From the NCBI GenBank assembly GCA_000993565.1, contig LBWK01000001.1, forward strand, positions 4,695 to 68,694: a stretch of 64,000 nucleotides of DNA, read 5' to 3'. The stretch comes from a candidate division WS6 bacterium GW2011_GWF2_39_15 (lineage in GTDB: Bacteria > Patescibacteriota > Dojkabacteria > SC72). The translations under genes and the position numbers were made by a program. This document shows positions 36,956 through 47,046 of this stretch, in pieces (position 1 is the first letter of the stretch; each line of letters opens with the position of its first letter). The notes below the pieces were generated by a model. It was given only the letters and a program-made list of their open reading frames with translations, ran no database searches and was not told the origin of the DNA.

Positions 36956-37661
36956 AGGCTTTAACTACAAATAGATTGTTGAGATCCGGCTTTCTGAAGC
37001 TCTTCCCTTCGGAGATATATTCGATGTTGCGATAGTATTTCTGTATTTGTGAGAGGGTCTTTGTAAATTCTTTTTTGTTAACAGGGTGGTATTCAACTAT
37101 GAGGTTTTTGATATCTTTTAACTGCTCTTGTATGTGTTTAATTATCTTTACTTCGTATCCTTCAATATCGAGTTTTAGTAAGTCGATAAACTTATGAGTT
37201 TTTAAGAGATTGTTGACAACTTCCTTTATATCTACCGTTTCGATCTCAACAGTTACATCCTTTTCAGCTCCCTTCCATGTTCCCCGGCTATAGCTGGAAT
37301 TGGAGAACCAGTAGTCATTAAGGTCTATAAAAAGGCTTTTACATCCCGCCTTAGTATCTACAGCCTTTCTATAGACCTTAACATTACTCAGATTATTTAT
37401 ACTTATGTTTTCCTCAAGAAATTTAAAAGCCTCCGGGTTTGGTTCAAAAGCGTGAATTTGAGCATTTGAAAACAGGGTTTTGAAATAAAGAACAGAAAGT
37501 CCTATGTGTGCACCGCAGTCGATGATTACAGGTTCTGCGGTTGAGGTCTCAAAGTCGTATGCATCAGAGTTAAAGATCTCATTCTTAATGATGTGATACT
37601 CCTCAGAATTAGGAAAGCGTATCTCATAGTTCCTTAATTTTGTTTTATATGTAGGCACCAC
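36948..37661 (-). CDS. FkbM-family SAM-dependent methyltransferase
   Basis: IIDCGAHIGLSVLYF...HAFEPNP, the FkbM motif. Confidence 0.65.
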   Translation of the reverse strand: MVPTYKTKLRNYEIRFPNSEEYHIIKNEIFNSDAYDFETSTAEPVIIDCGAHIGLSVLYFKTLFSNAQIHAFEPNPEAFKFLEENISINNLSNVKVYRKAVDTKAGCKSLFIDLNDYWFSNSSYSRGTWKGAEKDVTVEIETVDIKEVVNNLLKTHKFIDLLKLDIEGYEVKIIKHIQEQLKDIKNLIVEYHPVNKKEFTKTLSQIQKYYRNIEYISEGKSFRKPDLNNLFVVKAFN

Positions 37662-37718
37662 TTGTCATTATGAGTAATAAAAGATATCTTTTGAGAGTAT
37701 AAGTCAAATTCAGGAAGT

Positions 37719-39440
37719 ATGACAGTAGTTATTAATGTAAAGGACGATTTTAGAAGAGTTAAATCGAAACGTCAGTGGAGACCTCTTAAAGCACCCTTGC
37801 TCCTTCCTCTGTTTTTGTTTGCCTTTTTTGGTGCTGCTATCGTACATATTATAGTTGATCAATATCCAAGGGTCGATCTTTGGAGAGTGTTTGATCCTTT
37901 TCCCAAGAATATAGTTAGAGAGTATAGAACCTATGATGCTAGGTTTGATTCCTCTGTCGATTCAGAACTTGCGGGAAAAATAAAAACGGATATGAAAGCA
38001 ATGAAGCTTGAAGAGATTCCAAGGTTTTCATTTACCGGTGATGCTGAAACACGAATTGCAGTGACGGGTAAAAGTGATGAATCCTTTCTATTTTCATCCT
38101 ATTTAGTACCTGTAGGGCACCACTATTGGGTGAAGAATGAGCTGAAGAGTTCTGAGCTTCTGAGTAAGGAGATTTTGGTAAGTATGGGTGATGCTGAGTT
38201 TGTGAAAACAATTCTTAATGAGAAATTTGGTGAAAAACAGTGGATAATAAAAGAGAGTGAGGATTTGGTAAGTGCACTTGAAACCGCAAATGAGAAAAAA
38301 AACTTAGGTCTGGTCAAAGTTGAACACCTAAGTTATGAAATGCAGGTATTAAAGCTAGATGGTGCTTATTTCCTGGATAACCCTGTTAAGGGAGGAATCA
38401 ACTATGGAATTGCTATAGTAGGGGAGGTTCCTGAGCATATTACGAAAGCCGTATATAATAATACCGCTGATGTTAGAGTCGGGGAGTTTGGTACTGCTAA
38501 GGTGGCGAAAATAAATATGACTGGGGTTACAGCTATTTCCCGATCTTTAGCTCCTAAGATAACTGCCAGCGGGGATGCAGGATATCCGGCTCAAAAGATC
38601 AAAGAGTTTCTGAAAGACGCTGATCTTACTCACACATCTAATGAAGTATCTTTTGTGGATGGCTGTATTCCCGGTGGCGGGATGAGATTTTGTGCGAAAC
38701 CTGAGTATATAAAAGCACTCCAGGATATAGGGTTGGATATTGTTGAACTAACGGGTAATCACAACAACGATTACGGTGCTTTGGCAAATAAGAGCAGTAT
38801 AGAGAGATATACTAAGCTAGGTATTGATCATTTTGGAGGAGGTCTAGATAGTGAGGATGCTTCTAAAATTTTGGTAAAAGATGTAAAGGGAAGTAAAATA
38901 GCTTTTTTGGGCTATAACTATTACGATACAATTCTCGGTACAGGAGCTTTAGCCGGTGTAGAGAGAGCAGGGGCAAACTCATATTCAGTAAAAAAAATGG
39001 AAAGTGATATTAAAGAGGCCAAGACCCAAGCTGATGTTGTAATTGTGGACTTCCAATTTCAAGAGTGTTACTCATACCCTCCCAGTGATGTAATATATCC
39101 AATCTGTTATAAACCTCTGTCCTCTCCCGACCAAAAGGCAGTATTTAGAAAAGCAATTGATTTAGGTGCTGATATTGTTATAGGGACTCAGGCACACCAG
39201 CCTCAGACATTTGAAATCTACAACGGTAAGCTGATTTATTATGGACTAGGGAATCTATTTTTTGATCAGATTCCATGGATTGGCACCCGGCAGGGGTTAG
39301 TCCTCACACACTATATTTATAATGGTAAGCTCATACAGACAAGGATTACGACAACACTATATGATAGTGATATGAGAACGTATGTCACAACAGGAAGTGA
39401 ACGGGAACTTCTCCTGAACCTCCTTAAGGCTGCGAGATAG
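37719..39440 (+). CDS. Membrane-anchored CapA/PGA_cap-like metallophosphoesterase
   Basis: N-terminal TM. C-terminal region with ELTGNHNNDYG and HQPQ blocks, typical of CapA. Confidence 0.5.
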   Translation: MTVVINVKDDFRRVKSKRQWRPLKAPLLLPLFLFAFFGAAIVHIIVDQYPRVDLWRVFDPFPKNIVREYRTYDARFDSSVDSELAGKIKTDMKAMKLEEIPRFSFTGDAETRIAVTGKSDESFLFSSYLVPVGHHYWVKNELKSSELLSKEILVSMGDAEFVKTILNEKFGEKQWIIKESEDLVSALETANEKKNLGLVKVEHLSYEMQVLKLDGAYFLDNPVKGGINYGIAIVGEVPEHITKAVYNNTADVRVGEFGTAKVAKINMTGVTAISRSLAPKITASGDAGYPAQKIKEFLKDADLTHTSNEVSFVDGCIPGGGMRFCAKPEYIKALQDIGLDIVELTGNHNNDYGALANKSSIERYTKLGIDHFGGGLDSEDASKILVKDVKGSKIAFLGYNYYDTILGTGALAGVERAGANSYSVKKMESDIKEAKTQADVVIVDFQFQECYSYPPSDVIYPICYKPLSSPDQKAVFRKAIDLGADIVIGTQAHQPQTFEIYNGKLIYYGLGNLFFDQIPWIGTRQGLVLTHYIYNGKLIQTRITTTLYDSDMRTYVTTGSERELLLNLLKAAR

Positions 39441-40824
39441 GAAGTTTTGACTGGTATTTATAGTAGTCAGTCTTCTTAAAATCTTTATAGATAGTCTTTT
39501 CATTCAAATCTGATTGTATCCATACCAAATGGGGTGTATCTAAAAAAACTTTTTTTATATAGTTTGTGAGGTCATTGCTTTTTACCTTTAAGACTGCTTT
39601 CTTTAGCTTGGAGTAGTCATATATGTCATACCCCTCGAGGTAATGTGATGCTTTAGATCTTCCGTAATCATCATCGTATTCCATGGTATTTGGAAAGATT
39701 GTTCCACTTATCTGGCTTTCAAGCCAATTTTTTCCTGAGGCAGTCTTAAGAAAATTTTCTGCCCCTTTACTTATTATCTTGAAATATTCATTCAGAGCTT
39801 TAACGAAGTTTTGTTTATTTGTTGAGAAGCAAATCCCTTTGCTATTATATTTCGCTAAAAGACTTGAATTATATATCGCCTCAGATGAGTATACATATCC
39901 CTTCTTCTCTCTAATGATTTCAAAAATAAGGTAGTTAACTAGATTATAAGAGAGAATTCGTGTTACTCGCTGGTTATAATCTATTTTTAAAAGATCTTTT
40001 TCAAAGCAACTTAGTTCTACATAAATGTTTGTAGCTCTTTCGTCAAAGAAATGTTTGTACCTAAATTGATTTTCTATCTTCTCCTCAGGCTTTTTATCTA
40101 TTTTATTCTTGTTTTGAAAAACAATTTCATCAGCGTAATTTAAAAGAGTTTCAGTCTCTTCTGAAATGTCTAAATTTGATTGCAATGAAAGTATTACTGC
40201 GTCCCTATTGAAAATGACTTTGTAAAATTTTTGAAGGTCATTTGTGGCTATACCTTTTATATCCTCTTCTGTTCCCAGTACATATCTCTGGTATTCGGGC
40301 CCAAGATCCTTAAATGCGAATTTCCAAAATTGTAGTACAGAGTTCTTTTGGGGTTTGCTCTTTTCACCAAGTTCAGAAAGAATTATCTTGCGTTCCTTTT
40401 CAATATATTTGTTCATTTTTTCAGGATCAAACTCCATCATAGAAATGATTCTTTTGAGTAGTCTGGTTTCACCTTTATGATGCGATGTTCCATAAAAGAT
40501 GACACCGGCACGGCTTGTCCAGGCATTGGAGTGAATCTTGGGGTATTTTTTAGTACCGAATTCGTAATTATCAATCTGGTTTTTTGTTTTGAAGGTTTTA
40601 TTGGGCCTTCCTCCAAGTATATGTTCGAGAAAGTGTGCAGTTCCACCTTTGACTTCAATGATATCATTGAAGAAAGAACCTATTAGAGATGTTATAGCAA
40701 AAACGCTATCTATTGTTTTTGGGTCTTTTGAATGGAGAAAAAGAGTACCTTTGGGAAGCTGATACACAATGTTTTCCGCTCGGTATCTCTCATCAAACCA
40801 TCTCTTTACTATTTTCATCCTCAT
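39424..40824 (-). CDS. M16 (pitrilysin/insulinase) family zinc peptidase
   Basis: Inverted zinc motif GTAHFLEHIL (HxxEH). Confidence 0.6.
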   Translation of the reverse strand: MRMKIVKRWFDERYRAENIVYQLPKGTLFLHSKDPKTIDSVFAITSLIGSFFNDIIEVKGGTAHFLEHILGGRPNKTFKTKNQIDNYEFGTKKYPKIHSNAWTSRAGVIFYGTSHHKGETRLLKRIISMMEFDPEKMNKYIEKERKIILSELGEKSKPQKNSVLQFWKFAFKDLGPEYQRYVLGTEEDIKGIATNDLQKFYKVIFNRDAVILSLQSNLDISEETETLLNYADEIVFQNKNKIDKKPEEKIENQFRYKHFFDERATNIYVELSCFEKDLLKIDYNQRVTRILSYNLVNYLIFEIIREKKGYVYSSEAIYNSSLLAKYNSKGICFSTNKQNFVKALNEYFKIISKGAENFLKTASGKNWLESQISGTIFPNTMEYDDDYGRSKASHYLEGYDIYDYSKLKKAVLKVKSNDLTNYIKKVFLDTPHLVWIQSDLNEKTIYKDFKKTDYYKYQSKLPISQP

Positions 40825-40908
40825 ATTATACTAAATATCTCTTCCCATTTGTTATATTAAGAGTTAGTATGAATAGGCAGAATAACTTTAGTTCTAGGAT
40901 GCTGGAAT

Positions 40909-41925
40909 ATGAATTTGGATCGAAGGTATTATCCCGAGGTTGACAAGTTAAAAGCTTTTGCAACCATAATTGTTATTTTGACTCATATTCTTGCTGAACA
41001 TAAAGGAGGAGCACCATATTTGAATCTCATATGGGAACTTATTCATTTTAGCGTAGGTATTTTCGTATTCGTATCAGGATTTCTACATGCTACATCTAAA
41101 GACGTGCCGATTACGTACCAGGATATCTGGAGATCTATAGCTAAGAGGGTAATACGAATTGTCAAACCATATTATCTTTATGTTCTTCTATTTATTGTTG
41201 CAATGGCTATTATGGGAAGATTCGGGGAGCTCATCCAAAAAGCTGATTGGAAATATGTTTTTAATACGGTCTTTCTTCTGGGAGGCGTTGGCTATGCATG
41301 GATTCCTCGGCTTTTTCTATCTCTTTATATTGTCATTATATCCTTGCAGCTTCTTTCCAGAGTTCGGGCGTTTAAATATATCATCATCGCTTTTCTGATT
41401 TTGTCTATGATTTTCTCTGCAATTACACAATTTGTGGAAATAGATTTTCTATCCAAGTTTAATTTCGTTTTTGGCTGGTTTATAATATATATTGCAGGCT
41501 TTTTCCTACAGAAGTTTTATAAACATATTAACGTAACATGGGTGTTTGCAATTTCATCGATTGGGACACTAATTCTACTGGGGATCTTACTTCTCTTTGG
41601 CTTAAATACAAGCCTTTTTCATAATGAATATCCGCCTACACCATATTTTATTCTGTATAATCTTGCTGTAATTGCTTTGCTCTGGATGATTGCAACAAAG
41701 GTGAACCTTCTGGGTGTTGTTCATAGTGCTGTTGAGTGGTTATCAAGGCATGCTTATGAAATGTTTTTATATCATTTGCTTTTTCTGTATATCATATTTA
41801 GAAGCGTAAGGATAAATATTGTGGTTGATTTCTTCCTAGTTTTATTCTCTACTGTACTTTTGATTGTTGGGATGGAGAAAATACAGGAAGCTTTAAAGCG
41901 AAGGTTACCACTGAAATCTTTTTAG
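40909..41925 (+). CDS. Acyltransferase family 3 (OafA-like) membrane protein
   Basis: 10 TM helices. N-terminus with the family-typical His (ILTHILAEH) and a lysine-rich loop. Confidence 0.6.
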   Translation: MNLDRRYYPEVDKLKAFATIIVILTHILAEHKGGAPYLNLIWELIHFSVGIFVFVSGFLHATSKDVPITYQDIWRSIAKRVIRIVKPYYLYVLLFIVAMAIMGRFGELIQKADWKYVFNTVFLLGGVGYAWIPRLFLSLYIVIISLQLLSRVRAFKYIIIAFLILSMIFSAITQFVEIDFLSKFNFVFGWFIIYIAGFFLQKFYKHINVTWVFAISSIGTLILLGILLLFGLNTSLFHNEYPPTPYFILYNLAVIALLWMIATKVNLLGVVHSAVEWLSRHAYEMFLYHLLFLYIIFRSVRINIVVDFFLVLFSTVLLIVGMEKIQEALKRRLPLKSF

Positions 41926-42204
41926 GTCTACCTTCATATTTTTAATTAACACACCTTCTGAACGGAGTTTCTCTATCTTGGTTGTAATTCCTTTTCCTCC
42001 TGAATATCCATGCATTTTCCCATCGCTGCCAACTACCCTGTGACACGGGACTACTTTTGTATCAGGGTTTCTTCGCATAGCAGAACCTACCGCTCTGTAA
42101 GCTTTTGAATTGCCTGCAAGCGATGCGATTTGTTTGTATGTAGCGACCCTACCCTTTGGAATTCTGCTCGCGACTTCATATATTTTCTCCAGAAAAGTAT
42201 TCAT
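41905..42204 (-). CDS. ogt: Methylated-DNA-protein-cysteine methyltransferase (MGMT C-terminal domain only); start taken at ATG 42204 rather than the TTG-extended 42222
   Basis: Active-site PCHRVV and helix-turn-helix YKQIASLAG. Confidence 0.75.
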   Translation of the reverse strand: MNTFLEKIYEVASRIPKGRVATYKQIASLAGNSKAYRAVGSAMRRNPDTKVVPCHRVVGSDGKMHGYSGGKGITTKIEKLRSEGVLIKNMKVDLKRFQW

Positions 42205-42253
42205 AGTCCTCAAGTATCGCAAATTAAGAATACAGTTTCAAACGTTTGAACAC

Positions 42254-43387
42254 TTAGAGCGTAATTATAAATTCGGCTCCTGTTGAGTTTGTATCATTGA
42301 GAAATATTTCTCCATCGTGTTTTTTGACAATCTCTTTTGTGATAGATAGGCCTAGTCCACTTCCTCCCGTTTTTCGGGATCGAGATTTGTCTATTCTATA
42401 GAATCTATCAAATATCTTCTCTGCAGAATCTTTTGGTATTCCTTTACCATTATCCCTAATTATAATTTTGATACCTTTCTTTTCCCTTACCGCCTCAATC
42501 ATTACTTTATTACCTCCGGAGTACTTAATAGAGTTTTCAATTATATTCAGGAAAGCTCTTGCTAGAAGAACCTTGTTACCAGCTAATTCATATCCTTTTT
42601 TACAATTGACCTCAATACCAAAGGAGTTGTCTTTTATCAATCCGGCGGCTTGGCTTTTCACTTCTTCAAGCAGATCACAAAGGTCTATCTTTTCCTTCTC
42701 GATCCCATTACCTAGTATAGATAGAAGAAGGAGATCCTCTGTTAATTTATTCATAAATCTTACAGATCTATTACATTCTTGGAGAAGAGGTATTACTTCA
42801 CTTTTTGTTAATCTTTTATCAGCGAGTGCTGTATCAAGGTTTGCCTGTATTATCGCAAGTGGAGTTTTAATTTCGTGAGAAGCATTTTCTACAAATTCCT
42901 TCTGAGACTTAAACGAAAGAGCAAGTCTTTTAGACATAGAGTTGAAGCTTTTTATAAGGGCAGATATCTCATCCCCGGTATCTTCATAGCTGATGTCCTC
43001 TCCCAAATTATCTGACTGCTTTCTAAGCATTTCATCTTTTAGATTCTCGAGCGGGTTTAATGTTTGCTCGGCGATGAAATATCCTCCGATAAAGCTGAAA
43101 ATGGCTAGTGGTAGAATTGAATATAGTGAAAGAAGTCTTATATTATCGAGATCTTTATCTCTAGATTGCTGTATGAGTTCAATCTCTAGAGTATCGAGAT
43201 TTCTAAAGATAATTCCGCCTTTTGGGAAGATGGGCTGGAGCGGGTTAACACTCTTCATGTATTGGGTGAGAAAGATATTGACAACAAGAAGAAACCCGAG
43301 GCTGAATGCCAGAAGTAGGGTAGAACACCACAGTGCCATTTTAAATTTTATTGATTTTGTAAATGTCATCTCCATATTATACTTCAT
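42254..43387 (-). CDS. Two-component sensor histidine kinase
   Basis: 2 TM helices, H-box ASHEIKTPLAII, and HATPase N/G boxes (DNGKGIP, GGSGLGL). Confidence 0.85.
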   Translation of the reverse strand: MKYNMEMTFTKSIKFKMALWCSTLLLAFSLGFLLVVNIFLTQYMKSVNPLQPIFPKGGIIFRNLDTLEIELIQQSRDKDLDNIRLLSLYSILPLAIFSFIGGYFIAEQTLNPLENLKDEMLRKQSDNLGEDISYEDTGDEISALIKSFNSMSKRLALSFKSQKEFVENASHEIKTPLAIIQANLDTALADKRLTKSEVIPLLQECNRSVRFMNKLTEDLLLLSILGNGIEKEKIDLCDLLEEVKSQAAGLIKDNSFGIEVNCKKGYELAGNKVLLARAFLNIIENSIKYSGGNKVMIEAVREKKGIKIIIRDNGKGIPKDSAEKIFDRFYRIDKSRSRKTGGSGLGLSITKEIVKKHDGEIFLNDTNSTGAEFIITL

Positions 43388-45208
43388 TTATTCATTCTTC
43401 ATCGCTTCTACCGGACTTATTTTTGATGCGGTAAAGGAAGGAATGAGAGATACAAAAATTGTAAGTACGAATAGAATTACAGTGTAAAGGAGTATAGACT
43501 GCCAGTTGATAGCAAGGAAGATTGAGCTGTCAGCTATCCTTATAACATCAAAGCTTTGTGAGACGGTCTGGTCGATAAAGCTTTTGAACCATGCGGCAAC
43601 CGCAGAAGAAGCTACGAAATTTAATCCTATGCCAAGACCGATTCCTGAAAGATAACCTATTGAAACATAAAGGAATGATTGAAGTATAAATAGGGTTAGT
43701 ACTGTACTGCTTTTCATACCGATAGCCCTAAAAATACCGATTTCCTTAGTACTTTCTGATACGAATTTACTCATTGTGAATACGATTGTAGCAATTAGAA
43801 GCACAACGAAACTTACAAGTAATCCATTTGATATGGCACCAAGATTGCCCTCCAGCTTTTCGAAAACTTCCAGGTCGCCAAGATCCTGATACGCGTAGCC
43901 CGCTCTGTTTAACGCAGTGATTACTTCTGCCCTTTTATTAATGTCTTCTACAACAAGGCTTAAAACATCTCCGTATTTGTTGGCTTTTTCATATATATCT
44001 GTATCGTTTACCTCTCCAACAACCTCATTGCTATCATTCGTTTCGATAATTAATCCTGGAATCGCGTATGTCTGTATTCCGTCAGGGCTGAAAGAGACGG
44101 ATCCTCCTGCCCGTGGTCCGCCTATCTGAATATTTGTTTCAAGTCTCTTGCCGAGCTGTCCAACAAATCCTCCGAATCCCTGTGATATTTCGTCCCCGTT
44201 ATATGTGAGTCCTGAGAAATCTGAGCTTAAAATATCGTTAGGTAAATCGGCTGATACTCTAGCATTAATTTCATTTGTGGTAAGGTCTTTCATGACCTTT
44301 TGTGCAAATTGAGCAGGAATGTAGTTTGAGACAATTTTTTCGTCTTCGATTATACCTACAACTTTGAATTTGTAGGTGATGGGAGTGGATATCTTCTTGT
44401 AGTCCCAATACTCCGATATTGCATCTTTCCTCTCTTCTACCTTTTCGCTCATTTCAGCATCAGTCATCTTTGTCATCGTTACAACCCCTTCGTTACGGGA
44501 TACAGTATAGTCAGTTATTGACTCTAGACCTCCGAAAGACAGTGTGAACTCAGTTCCTAGTAGATTTCCCTTATTGTAATCCAGTGATTCCGTTTTAAGA
44601 AACGACATTCTTTTGGCCGATTCGCCGCTTCCCGGGGTTATAGAAATCGCTTTGGACATATCAAGCGTTATTGTATTGCCCTCACTCCAATCTTCGTAGG
44701 AGTAGATAAGAGATGATGCATTTAAGATGATAGGTATTGTTTCTCCCTCGGTGTAGCTGAAATCTTCTTCTGTATATAATTTTGCAGCATCAGCATTAAG
44801 AGTGGTTAAATTGTTAAACTTGAGAGTCTTATCGGGAAAAAGGTCTGTGGTCTCCACCAGTCTTACTGGAAGGTTACTTTGCAAATCTGCACTCTTAACT
44901 CCTTCAATTGTGCTGACTGTATTAACATCGGCTTGTGAAAAGCGGTTGTCTTCAATGGATCCGGTATTCTTAAAAAATTGCGATGGATTGAATTCTTCTT
45001 GCTGAGTCTTTACTTCTAGTAGAGTATACTGATCGGCTATTGTGTCAAATACGCTTATATTAAGGGCTGTTTTAATATTCTGTATCTGGCTTGTAATTAT
45101 TACACTTAAAGTTACAAGTGTTAGGACTGGGATGATTAAAAAGAGGGCTTTTTTAGCTCTGGTTTTAAGCTTCTTTACATTAATGGAGAGGATGTCTGTT
45201 ATTCTCAT
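43388..45208 (-). CDS. ABC transporter permease, FtsX/MacB-like with a large extracytoplasmic domain
   Basis: TM1, a ~400-aa extracellular region, then 3 C-terminal TM helices. Confidence 0.75.
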   Translation of the reverse strand: MRITDILSINVKKLKTRAKKALFLIIPVLTLVTLSVIITSQIQNIKTALNISVFDTIADQYTLLEVKTQQEEFNPSQFFKNTGSIEDNRFSQADVNTVSTIEGVKSADLQSNLPVRLVETTDLFPDKTLKFNNLTTLNADAAKLYTEEDFSYTEGETIPIILNASSLIYSYEDWSEGNTITLDMSKAISITPGSGESAKRMSFLKTESLDYNKGNLLGTEFTLSFGGLESITDYTVSRNEGVVTMTKMTDAEMSEKVEERKDAISEYWDYKKISTPITYKFKVVGIIEDEKIVSNYIPAQFAQKVMKDLTTNEINARVSADLPNDILSSDFSGLTYNGDEISQGFGGFVGQLGKRLETNIQIGGPRAGGSVSFSPDGIQTYAIPGLIIETNDSNEVVGEVNDTDIYEKANKYGDVLSLVVEDINKRAEVITALNRAGYAYQDLGDLEVFEKLEGNLGAISNGLLVSFVVLLIATIVFTMSKFVSESTKEIGIFRAIGMKSSTVLTLFILQSFLYVSIGYLSGIGLGIGLNFVASSAVAAWFKSFIDQTVSQSFDVIRIADSSIFLAINWQSILLYTVILFVLTIFVSLIPSFTASKISPVEAMKNE

Positions 45209-45210
45209 GT

Positions 45211-45906
45211 TTATTTAGTATTTAAATTAAAATCTTTTTTTACTTTTCCATTTTCAAGCTTGATTATCCTTGAAAATCTTTTGGCTATATTTTCGTCGTG
45301 GGTAATGATTATGACGCTCATGCCGTTCTCTTTTGAGAGTGATTCAAGTGTTTCAATTACCATTTCAGAGTTCTTTTTATCAAGTTTACCTGTTGGTTCA
45401 TCTGCAAAGATAATTTGAGGATCATTCGCTAATGCCCTAGCTACGGCGACTCGCTGCTGTTCCCCTCCTGAAAGTTGTCGTGGTAGGTGATTAGCTCTAT
45501 GTAAAAGACCGACTTTTTCAAGAAGACTGTCAGCTTTTTCCATTGCTTCTTTTCTTCTTATGCCGGCTACCATCATAGGAAGCATAATATTTTCTTTGGC
45601 GGTGAAATAGTCCTGGAGATAAATCATCTGAAATATAAAGCCCATGGTTTTGTTTCTGAACTCCGAGACTTCTTTATCGCTCATCTTTTTTAGGCTCTGT
45701 CCATTAATAATAACGTCGCCTTCCGTCATTTTATCCAAGCCACCTACAAGCTGCAGCAGGGTGGTTTTACCTGAGCCAGAAGGCCCGAGAATTGCAAGAT
45801 CAAAACCTTTGGGGAGTTTGAAACTCACATTATCGAGTGCGGTTACTTCCGCTCCCGCATCTTTATACCTTTTGGTGAGATTATGTACTTCAATTATATT
45901 CTCCAT
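45211..45906 (-). CDS. ABC transporter ATP-binding protein (MacB/LolD-type)
   Basis: GPSGSGKTTLL, LSGGEQQRVAVARAL, IIFADEPTG. Confidence 0.85.
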   Translation of the reverse strand: MENIIEVHNLTKRYKDAGAEVTALDNVSFKLPKGFDLAILGPSGSGKTTLLQLVGGLDKMTEGDVIINGQSLKKMSDKEVSEFRNKTMGFIFQMIYLQDYFTAKENIMLPMMVAGIRRKEAMEKADSLLEKVGLLHRANHLPRQLSGGEQQRVAVARALANDPQIIFADEPTGKLDKKNSEMVIETLESLSKENGMSVIIITHDENIAKRFSRIIKLENGKVKKDFNLNTK

Positions 45907-45971
45907 AAAATAGTTAGATAATTAATTAGACTGTGATAGTCTAGTTCAGAGATAGTGAAATCTTCGTGAAG

Positions 45972-46652
45972 TTATCTTATTATGTAGCCTTTTCCCTTGA
46001 CAGAAAGAATTAACTCCTTTTGCGTATCAACTTTCTTACGCAGTGTTTTGATATGAGTTTTAACAGTTTGTGTAAATGTATCAACCTCTGTAGACCACAC
46101 ATGCTCGAGGAGTTCTTCGGATGATACGATGCGTCCTTTGTTTCTGAGAAGATATTCAAGTATACCCATCTCTTTGTTGCTAAGCATTATCTCTCTGCTA
46201 TTGCTGCTTATAACAAGATTGCTTTCCGGGTGGATGGTATACTGTCCAAAAATGAGAGCTTCACTCTTGTTTAAGCTGTTTCTCTTTATCACAGCCTTTA
46301 TTCTTGCTACGAGCTCCTCTAAATTGAAGGGTTTTGTCATATAATCATCCGCACCGGTTTCAAAGCCCTCAAGCTTATTGTATATCTGTGATCTGGCCGT
46401 TGCCATGATTATGGGGGTTGTGTTCTTTTCGTCTCTCAGTCTTTTACAGACCTCCACTCCATCTATTTCCGGCAGGTTAAGGTCTAGGATTATACAGTCA
46501 TAATTGCTAATTCTGGCCATCTCTAATCCGATTTTTCCATCTTCAGCTTCATCGACTTCAAAACGCTTATTTTCGAGGAATAAGCGAATTGGCTTTCGCA
46601 AAGCATCTTCATCTTCAATAATTAGGACTTTCATGTGAGTATTATATAACAA
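45972..46652 (-). CDS. OmpR-family response regulator (likely start MKVLII at 46634)
   Basis: Receiver domain (the conserved Asp sits in ILDLNLP) and a winged-helix C-terminus. Confidence 0.85.
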   Translation of the reverse strand: MLYNTHMKVLIIEDEDALRKPIRLFLENKRFEVDEAEDGKIGLEMARISNYDCIILDLNLPEIDGVEVCKRLRDEKNTTPIIMATARSQIYNKLEGFETGADDYMTKPFNLEELVARIKAVIKRNSLNKSEALIFGQYTIHPESNLVISSNSREIMLSNKEMGILEYLLRNKGRIVSSEELLEHVWSTEVDTFTQTVKTHIKTLRKKVDTQKELILSVKGKGYIIR

Positions 46653-46665
46653 AACATCAGGAGGT

Positions 46666-46971
46666 CTATTCCTGTCTCTTTTTCAGCTGCGTTATCTTGG
46701 CGAGCAGTGACGCTTTAAGAAGAAAGGGAATATCAAGTCTTTGTAGCAATTCGGTAGAACTTGTTTCAGTCCCCCGTACTTGATTCATCAGATGACTGGC
46801 TTCTGCTTCAAGGTCAAGTACATTTTTAGGATCAGAGTAGTAGGCGCTTAACTCCTCAACAAGCTTCTCACTTACCCCTTCAGTATTCCCGCCTCTATCA
46901 GATGGAACATGTATTCCCTCGCTATTGGAGCTTTCCATTGAACCGTCTGGAAATGAGGTTTTAGGAGTCAT
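46666..46971 (-). CDS. Hypothetical small soluble protein at the head of the RR-ABC-HK operon
   Basis: ORF with no TM and no recognisable motif. Confidence 0.3.
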   Translation of the reverse strand: MTPKTSFPDGSMESSNSEGIHVPSDRGGNTEGVSEKLVEELSAYYSDPKNVLDLEAEASHLMNQVRGTETSSTELLQRLDIPFLLKASLLAKITQLKKRQE

Positions 46972-47046
46972 ACTTTTGTTTTATACAGAATTTTAAACTG
47001 TCAGAGTATATCAAAAAGGAGTGAGATCTGATACTATAAACGTGAT

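Noticed and set aside
37719-39440. CapA-like gene as evidence of a poly-gamma-glutamate capsule locus
   Set aside because: No CapB/CapC (PgsB/PgsC) partners are adjacent; the neighbours are an FkbM methyltransferase, an M16 peptidase and an acyltransferase. It is annotated only as a membrane-anchored metallophosphoesterase.
42237-42250. Palindrome TTCAAACGTTTGAA as a Cheo-type LexA site for ogt
   Set aside because: It has GAAC on one side only, and gtttc rather than GTTC on the other. It may equally be a weak terminator for the upstream kinase operon. It is kept as a note under the Bce-like finding.
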